Shown in pieces: positions 57,969 through 64,000 of a DNA stretch of 64,000 bases. Numbering within the stretch: position 1 is the first letter of the stretch; every line of letters begins with the position of its first letter. The stretch covers positions 4,668 to 68,667 of the forward strand of contig JAGWWX010000003.1 of NCBI GenBank assembly GCA_018970215.1, given 5' to 3'. Below the pieces are notes generated by a model that was not told the origin of the DNA, ran no database searches, and worked only from the letters and a program-made list of their open reading frames with translations. Origin of the DNA: Acidobacteriota bacterium. Its GTDB lineage: Bacteria; Actinomycetota; Acidimicrobiia; Acidimicrobiales; RAAP-2. The translations under genes were made by a program, and so were the position numbers.

Positions 57969-58463
57969 GTGATGATTGATGAAGTGGTTGTGCGTCGTGC
58001 CGCCCCAATCGATGCACCCCGTGCCCGCGAAATACGGTGCCTCGCACTGTACGAAAGTCCTCTGGCGTACGGCACGCGGCTAGAAGAAGTTGCGACTCGC
58101 CCTCTGCGTTACTGGAGGAATCTGATTCGACAGAGGCCCTGGTTTCTTGCGTTTGATGGCGACACTGTGGTCGGCATGGCGACCACCGATACGTACCACT
58201 TCAACGGGGAGACGCATCCGGGTGTCTACGGAATGTACGTCGCTCCTTCGCACCGCGGCACGCGTGTCGCCTTGTTGCTCCTAGAAAAAATTAAGGAGTT
58301 CAATCGGTCGTGTGGGCACCACCGCCTCTTTCTCGATGTTGTGATCGGTAACGATCGGGCGGAAGGCTTTTACGAGCGCGAAGGATTCCGGCGTATTGGG
58401 GAAGTGCGACCGCTGGACCGCGACCCACGCCGCCACCTCACCCCGATGGTGTGCGACCTGTGA
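57969..58463 (+). CDS. GNAT acetyltransferase
   Basis: VYGMYVAPSHRGT, N.RAEGFYEREGF motifs. Confidence 0.85.
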   Translation: MMIDEVVVRRAAPIDAPRAREIRCLALYESPLAYGTRLEEVATRPLRYWRNLIRQRPWFLAFDGDTVVGMATTDTYHFNGETHPGVYGMYVAPSHRGTRVALLLLEKIKEFNRSCGHHRLFLDVVIGNDRAEGFYEREGFRRIGEVRPLDRDPRRHLTPMVCDL

Positions 58464-58912
58464 TTTCGATTGCCTTGGTATCACCCTCACGTCTCTATGA
58501 CATTCGGCGACGTGTACTCCGCGATAATCGCCCGGAGGCCAACGTGCGCGATCCCCGGGACGAAGAGGCCGACGCCATTCACGTGGCGGCAATCCATCAC
58601 GATGCGGTGGTCGGATCGGGCTCGGTCTATCCGTCGACCTGGCCTCTTCCCGAGCCGATGGGACTGACCTATCAATTGCGATATCTGGCCGTTGATCCCG
58701 AATTTCAACGTCGCGGAATTGGCGAGAAGTTAATGAGTCGTGTGGAGTCGGAAATCACCGCACGAGGTGCGTACGCCCTGTGGGCGAATGGACGAGATAG
58801 CGCCCTTTCGTTCTACACCGCCACGGGGTGGTCGATAGTCCCGGCATCGGCTCACCTCAGCACAGAGACACAGTTGCCGCACCATGTCATCGTGAAGCGT
58901 CTTTCAAGGTGA
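58460..58912 (+). CDS. GNAT acetyltransferase (ElaA/YitI-like)
   Basis: RRRVLR, QLRYLAVDPEFQRRGIG, LWANGR and FY...GW motifs. Confidence 0.85.
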   Translation: MISIALVSPSRLYDIRRRVLRDNRPEANVRDPRDEEADAIHVAAIHHDAVVGSGSVYPSTWPLPEPMGLTYQLRYLAVDPEFQRRGIGEKLMSRVESEITARGAYALWANGRDSALSFYTATGWSIVPASAHLSTETQLPHHVIVKRLSR

Positions 58913-58950
58913 CCCGAGGTACGTAGTTCAACAGGTCCTAGGCTGACGTC

Positions 58951-60045
58951 GTGGCTACGTCTCGCTCCGCTCGCCGTCGTGCCACGTCGCGTCGACGTAC
59001 CGTGATGGCGCTGGCGAGTGCCGTCTTTTTGACTGCCCTCGGCGCGGGCATCACATCTCAGCGCTTTGGCCAACCCTTCCCCGTTCAGTGTTCCTTACCC
59101 TTGGCTGCGGCGACATCCTGCGATTCGACTACTTCAAGCCTGCCGACATCATCGACAACGACGCCGGTCGTGGCCCCGCTCACGGGTCTGGTCGATCCCA
59201 CGGGGCTCTCCGTCCGTCGACCAGCTTTGACCATCAAGATTGAAAACACTCCCGACGCCCGGCCTCAGTTCGGGGTCGACCGCGCCGACGTGGTCTATGA
59301 AGAGATTGTCGAAGGTGGGATTACGCGACTCGCTGCAGTCTTTAATCAGTTTTCCCCGCCCAAGGTTGGACCGGTTCGCTCTGTTCGAAAAACGGACCAA
59401 GCAATTGTGTGGTGCCTAGGGGGACTCTTCGCATTTTCGGGTGGAGCACCGTACGCGGTGGCATCCATTTCCACGGCCCCCGTCGAAATTTTTTCCGAGA
59501 CGCGAGCGGGGATAGCGATGTTTCGAGATCCAACTCGCTATGCACCCCACAATCTCTACGCCAACGCAGCCAACATGTTTCAGTTCAAAGGCACGCCAAC
59601 TCCACCACGTTCAATATTTACTTTCCGTGAGAGCGGTACACCCGCGAGCGGCAAGAAGGTCAAGAGCTTCCGCGTTGGTTTTCGGATGGGCTACGCAACA
59701 TCCTTCTACTGGAATGTGACGACGGAGTCGTGGGACCGCGTCATTTTCGCCAAACCTGACATCACCGGTACCGGTGTGCAGGTATCACCGAAGAATGTGG
59801 TGGTGATGTGGATCACCTATGCCGGTGGTGTCGGATCGTTTGGTGCGGAAGGAGTCATGGTGGGAACCGGACGCGCCCAAGTATTTACGGGCGGTCGCAC
59901 CGTTCTGGGAACGTGGAGTCGAGCGACGAAGAGCGATCCCATCGTGTATCGCGATAGTGCCGGCGACGTTATTCCGCTGACACCTGGTCAGACCTGGGTA
60001 GAACTCGCCGCGACGAGTGACCCCGTGTCAGTCGTTCACCGCTAA
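58951..60045 (+). CDS. DUF3048 domain protein
   Basis: APLTG, IKIEN...ARPQFG...ADVVYEE.VEGGITR, GPVRS.R and RYAPHNLY motifs. Confidence 0.88.
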   Translation: MATSRSARRRATSRRRTVMALASAVFLTALGAGITSQRFGQPFPVQCSLPLAAATSCDSTTSSLPTSSTTTPVVAPLTGLVDPTGLSVRRPALTIKIENTPDARPQFGVDRADVVYEEIVEGGITRLAAVFNQFSPPKVGPVRSVRKTDQAIVWCLGGLFAFSGGAPYAVASISTAPVEIFSETRAGIAMFRDPTRYAPHNLYANAANMFQFKGTPTPPRSIFTFRESGTPASGKKVKSFRVGFRMGYATSFYWNVTTESWDRVIFAKPDITGTGVQVSPKNVVVMWITYAGGVGSFGAEGVMVGTGRAQVFTGGRTVLGTWSRATKSDPIVYRDSAGDVIPLTPGQTWVELAATSDPVSVVHR

Positions 60046-60470
60046 CTCACGAGTTTTTCGAGCCGCTCCAGCGTTGCGGTGATGGACCGTGTCGTTTTCC
60101 CGGCCCAGTCAAGGAGAGTGAGCGGAAGCCCCCACGGTTTACGAAAGTCGAACGATTCCGTGACGAGTGTCCCATCACCTTGCGGTGTGAGTTCATAGCG
60201 CCAGACGAAGCGAGCCCAGTGGCACCACGCAATGACGCGATTTTCCTCAAATTCGACGACACGATTCGCGGTGACATACGAGGCACCCATTTTCATGTCC
60301 ATTGAAAATCGGGCTCCCAGAAAGAGTCGGTGAGGCGCATCGCCGCGCGGTAGGTGAACGGTTCCCGATCCATCTAATCGGTGATGTTCGTAGGGGTTAG
60401 CCAGCAGGTCGAAAATGACTGAAGGCGACGCAGGTATGTATCGAGAAACACTCACGAATCGCTGTGACAT
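60042..60470 (-). CDS. SRPBCC family protein
   Basis: IFDLLANP..H..DGSG.V, GARFSMDM and WRYELTP..GTLVTESFD motifs. Confidence 0.8.
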   Translation of the reverse strand: MSQRFVSVSRYIPASPSVIFDLLANPYEHHRLDGSGTVHLPRGDAPHRLFLGARFSMDMKMGASYVTANRVVEFEENRVIAWCHWARFVWRYELTPQGDGTLVTESFDFRKPWGLPLTLLDWAGKTTRSITATLERLEKLVS

Positions 60471-60505
60471 GGAGTCAGCCTACGGGTGGTCGCTACGATT
60501 TCTAT

Positions 60506-61237
60506 ATGAATTTCACATCGCACCGGGACGCCAACGGTGTCCTTGAGCGTGAATCAGAACTCCTCGGATCACGTGGCCCTATTCCCGTTGTGGTCTGGTC
60601 ACCGAGCGAGCGCATAGCTGAGCATGTTGTGCTCGTTGGTCACGGGGCCGCGGGTGACAAACGTGAAGATTATGTTGTGGCGTTCGCCGACTACTTAGTT
60701 CGTCGCCACTCCGCCGCGGTGGTCTCCATTGATGGCCCGGTGCACGGGCGCCGACGTGAGTACCTCGGACTCGGGTCGTCGCAACCGTTTTTGGATTTTG
60801 TCGCTGCGTGGTCGTCAGATGATGCGATGACCGATGACATGATTTCGGATTGGACGACAACGTTAGATGCGGTGCTACAGAGCGACATGACCGTGCCTTA
60901 CGCAAAAGTGGCGTACTGGGGTTTGTCGATGGGGACGATTCTGGGACTGCCATTCGTGGCGCAAGAGCCCCGTATTGCGGCCTGCGTGCTCGGACTGATG
61001 GGCGCAACCGGACCGACACACGATCGGATCACTCGTGACGCCCGCAGACTCCGTATTCCGACGATGTTCCTGATGCAGTGGCACGACCAGTTCTTCCCTC
61101 GAGAAGTTGCACTGACACTCTTTGACGAACTTGGCTCCGATATCAAGACTCTCGTCGCGAACCCGGGTGTACACGGTGGGGTACCACCGCGGGCCTTCGA
61201 CGCTTCGGCCCGTTTTCTTTTCGAGCACCTCGCCTGA
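60506..61237 (+). CDS. Alpha/beta hydrolase
   Basis: GHG, IDGPVHG, YWGLSMG nucleophile elbow, D..FP and NPG.H motifs. Confidence 0.82.
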   Translation: MNFTSHRDANGVLERESELLGSRGPIPVVVWSPSERIAEHVVLVGHGAAGDKREDYVVAFADYLVRRHSAAVVSIDGPVHGRRREYLGLGSSQPFLDFVAAWSSDDAMTDDMISDWTTTLDAVLQSDMTVPYAKVAYWGLSMGTILGLPFVAQEPRIAACVLGLMGATGPTHDRITRDARRLRIPTMFLMQWHDQFFPREVALTLFDELGSDIKTLVANPGVHGGVPPRAFDASARFLFEHLA

Positions 61238-61255
61238 GCTGATTAGGCTGACAAC

Positions 61256-62185
61256 GTGTGCGCCATGAGTGTCGGATTTCTCGGACCTCACGGCACGTTC
61301 ACGCACGAAGCGCTGTTGCGCCAATCTGACTTCGCCCACGTCGCGGCCGTACCCTTCCCGACGATTGAGGATGTTCTCCAGGCGGTCGCAGCGGGCGAGG
61401 TCACGTACGGAGTGGTCCCGTTGGAGAACGCCATAGAGGGCACCGTGTCCGCCACGGTCGACTCACTGATTTTTGATCACGACGTTCTCATTGAGCGAGA
61501 GATTGTGATGCCTATTTCACTGAACCTGCTCGCACCTCCGGGAGTGGCGCTCGCCGATATTACGGAGGTGTGGAGTTACCCCCATGCGCTGGCACAATGT
61601 CGGACGTTTTTGCGAACGCTTGGTTCGGTCGAAACACGGGTCGCCGCTTCAACTGCCGACGCCGCACGAGTGGTCTCCGAGGTGGGCGGAACTTCAGCTG
61701 CCGTTGCTCCATCCGTGGCGGCCAATCTCTACGGACTTCATGTCCTCGCTACTGATGTTGAAGATCACGTCGGCAACGCAACCAAGTTTGTGGTGGTGGG
61801 CCGATCGTCCATCCCCGCCCCCACTGGCCACGATCGAACCACGATTGTGTGTTTCCAAGACGCCGACCGCCCCGGATCGCTCTACGGGATTTTGGGTCGT
61901 TTTGCCGCGCGAGATATCAACCTCACCCGCCTCGAATCGCGTCCAACGAAGAAGGGTCTCGGCGACTACTGCTTTGTCATTGAACTGGAAGGACATGTCG
62001 CCGATGACGTGGTGGGGGACTGTCTGGCGGATCTCCAGGCGCATCACACCCGTATCAAGTTCCTCGGCTCGTATCCCGTGACGGGTGACGTCGCCGCCTC
62101 GGCGCGTGCGGAGATCACCGAGGCTCGAGGCGAGGCTGACCGCTGGCTGGCCGAACTCCGGTCAAAGGTCGAACCTCACTCCTAA
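61256..62185 (+). CDS. pheA: Prephenate dehydratase (PDT + ACT)
   Basis: FLGPHGTF, VVPLENAIEG, ALAQC, STA.AA, NATKF, DRPGSL and INLTRLESRP motifs. Confidence 0.94.
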   Translation: MCAMSVGFLGPHGTFTHEALLRQSDFAHVAAVPFPTIEDVLQAVAAGEVTYGVVPLENAIEGTVSATVDSLIFDHDVLIEREIVMPISLNLLAPPGVALADITEVWSYPHALAQCRTFLRTLGSVETRVAASTADAARVVSEVGGTSAAVAPSVAANLYGLHVLATDVEDHVGNATKFVVVGRSSIPAPTGHDRTTIVCFQDADRPGSLYGILGRFAARDINLTRLESRPTKKGLGDYCFVIELEGHVADDVVGDCLADLQAHHTRIKFLGSYPVTGDVAASARAEITEARGEADRWLAELRSKVEPHS

Positions 62186-62213
62186 AGTGATGAGAGTGTC
62201 GTGAAAGGTAGAT

Positions 62214-62795
62214 ATGTCCAGTAACACGCTTACCAATCGTCGAGTTCGAGTGATTGCCGACGTCTTTCCCGAAAGTCTCGTCAGCGCCGTCGCTCTCATT
62301 GTCGGTGGTGCTGCTCTCGTCGGTCTGCTCGCCCAGGTGTCGATTCCTTTGGGTTTCACGCCCGTACCCGTGACCGGCCAGACTCTCGGTGTGCTCATCG
62401 TGGGGTCGGCGCTGGGATTCTCCCGTGCGTCAGCGTCGATGAGCCTGTACCTTCTTGCCGGACTGGCGGGTGTGCCGTGGTTCGCAGGAGGAATGAGTGG
62501 CTACGCGCCATCGTGTGGCTACATCGTTGGTTTTATTCTCGCATCCGCATTTCTTGGTCGAGCGGCCGAACGGGGCGCCAGTGGCTCCGTTCTGCGGAGC
62601 GTCCCCTCGATGCTGATCGCTGAAGCGATTATTTACATTGTCGGAGTGACGTGGTTGAAGATTGATCTCGGTGTGTCATGGTCAACGGCTCTCTCACTCG
62701 GATTTACTCCCTTCATTGCGGGGGACGTCATCAAGGCCGCCATTGCCGGCTGCCTCCTTCCGACGGCGTGGAACATCGTCAAGAAGTCCAAGTAG
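62214..62795 (+). CDS. bioY: Biotin transporter BioY (ECF S-component)
   Basis: PVPVTGQTLGV, YLLAGLAGVPWF, GYIVGF and PFIAGDVIK motifs. Confidence 0.9.
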   Translation: MSSNTLTNRRVRVIADVFPESLVSAVALIVGGAALVGLLAQVSIPLGFTPVPVTGQTLGVLIVGSALGFSRASASMSLYLLAGLAGVPWFAGGMSGYAPSCGYIVGFILASAFLGRAAERGASGSVLRSVPSMLIAEAIIYIVGVTWLKIDLGVSWSTALSLGFTPFIAGDVIKAAIAGCLLPTAWNIVKKSK

Positions 62796-62872
62796 TTCAC
62801 TGTTTGAGGGACTCCGGCTCGTGAAAATGGCACTCAGTGTCGAGTGTTCCACACGATGAAGAAGGAAGATTT

Positions 62873-64000
62873 ATGAGCACTGCAGGATTTCGTAGTCCAC
62901 TGTTTGCGCTGTCGTCGATGTACATCGACGATTTGGCGGAAAAAAATTCGCTCTTCGCCATCACAGAAGGTCTGGGGACACCCACTACCTTGGCGGATTT
63001 TTCGCCACGCGCTACCGAAGCGCGCATCGCTCAGCTGCGACACTTTCTCGCCGCGCTCGACAGTGCGGAAAATACACCGACCGATGACATCGACCGCATC
63101 GCGGCGATTGTCATGAGAGAGCGGTGGACGAGTGCGCTTCATCTCGCCGAGTCGGGAGAGTCGGACCGAACATTTTCGGTGCTGTGGTCGCCTGTATCGG
63201 AGATACGCCAGGCGTTCGACCTGATCCCCCATGAATCGGACATCGACCGAGAGAGGATTGTGGGGTGGCTCGGACAAGTCCGTCCCGCCCTGGCGACGTG
63301 GAAAGAAACACTCGATCGTGTCGCTTCTCGCGGAGAGCTTCCTTCACGCCGACACGTGCTCGGCGTCGCCGAACAGGCCGTCACCTATAGCGAAGGAACT
63401 TTTGACCACCTCGTGTCAACGGTGGAGACATCACACGGACCGCAGCCCGCGTTGCGGGCCGCTGCCGCCGAGGCCCAAGCGGCTTTCGGAGAGTTTGGTC
63501 GAATGCTGTCCTCGACGTACGCCCCTCAGGCAACGGCGTCTGACTATGTCGGTGAACGGCGGTATCTCCTGTGGGCATCGCATTTCACGGGTAAGACCCT
63601 CGACCTTCATGAGCTCTACGCCTGGGGCTGGCAGGACTTGAGCGCGATCCACCGTCGGATGATGGAACTGGCGAAGGAGTTTGCTCCGAACAGTGCAACA
63701 CTCGCGGACGCCATCGACGTTCTTGACGCTGACGAGAAGTACCTCATTCACGGCGAAGCGGCCCTGATTTCGGCACTAGAGAAAATTATTGAAGGAGCTA
63801 ACTCGGCCCTTGAGGATAAGTACTTCGCCATTGACCCACGAATTCGTCACTGTGACGTGAAGTTGGCCCCTCCAGGTTCGGCCTCGGCGGCCTACTACAT
63901 CGGCCCCAACGAGGATCTCTCTCGGCCGGGTTCGACGTGGTTTCCCACGATGGGCGCGACGGAGTTTCCACTCTGGCGCAGCATCTCTACGTGGTATCAC
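62873..64000 (+). CDS. DUF885 family protein, truncated by the window end
   Basis: Open frame from ATG 62873 to the end, absent from the ORF track because it has no stop. My translation includes LYAWGW, PPGSASAAYY.GP..D.SRPG..W and TWYH. Confidence 0.8.
   Translation, partial: MSTAGFRSPLFALSSMYIDDLAEKNSLFAITEGLGTPTTLADFSPRATEARIAQLRHFLAALDSAENTPTDDIDRIAAIVMRERWTSALHLAESGESDRTFSVLWSPVSEIRQAFDLIPHESDIDRERIVGWLGQVRPALATWKETLDRVASRGELPSRRHVLGVAEQAVTYSEGTFDHLVSTVETSHGPQPALRAAAAEAQAAFGEFGRMLSSTYAPQATASDYVGERRYLLWASHFTGKTLDLHELYAWGWQDLSAIHRRMMELAKEFAPNSATLADAIDVLDADEKYLIHGEAALISALEKIIEGANSALEDKYFAIDPRIRHCDVKLAPPGSASAAYYIGPNEDLSRPGSTWFPTMGATEFPLWRSISTWYH

Overview
This is a gene-dense, roughly 60% GC core-chromosome segment from an actinobacterium. 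Gene content and order suggest class Acidimicrobiia, which is an inference. In order, it carries: Fe-S and nitrogen genes (mrp, iscA-like, a degenerate molybdo-hydroxylase-like fusion, ridA, glnR, a glnA-like gene, glnII, nadE); an atypical sigma-factor locus; K+/H+ transport genes (2x trkA, a KimA-like permease, hppA); topA-tmk-holB-tRNA-Thr; a Zur-boxed zupT-zur-pgeF-murL-murD2 operon; tilS-hpt-fol-pan-coaX-lysS; clpC, carD-ispD-ispF-rlmB and a second tRNA-Thr; gpgS-mscL; a SAM-riboswitch-controlled thrC-like/sulfur-carrier pair; CIRCE-groEL2, hemQ, several GNATs, pheA, bioY and a truncated DUF885 gene. I found no CRISPR array, transposase, integrase or rRNA. The stand-out region is 11.05-14.06 kb. 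There a hairpin-rich 400-bp leader precedes a sigma-70 factor apparently split into two translationally coupled polypeptides (regions 1.2-3, then a free region 4). It is followed by a primary-type sigma factor with a ~105-aa insertion in region 3 that contains a CBM5/12 (chitin-binding-like) module bracketed by cysteines. Family calls come from motif recognition by eye. No database searches were run, so novelty is unverified.
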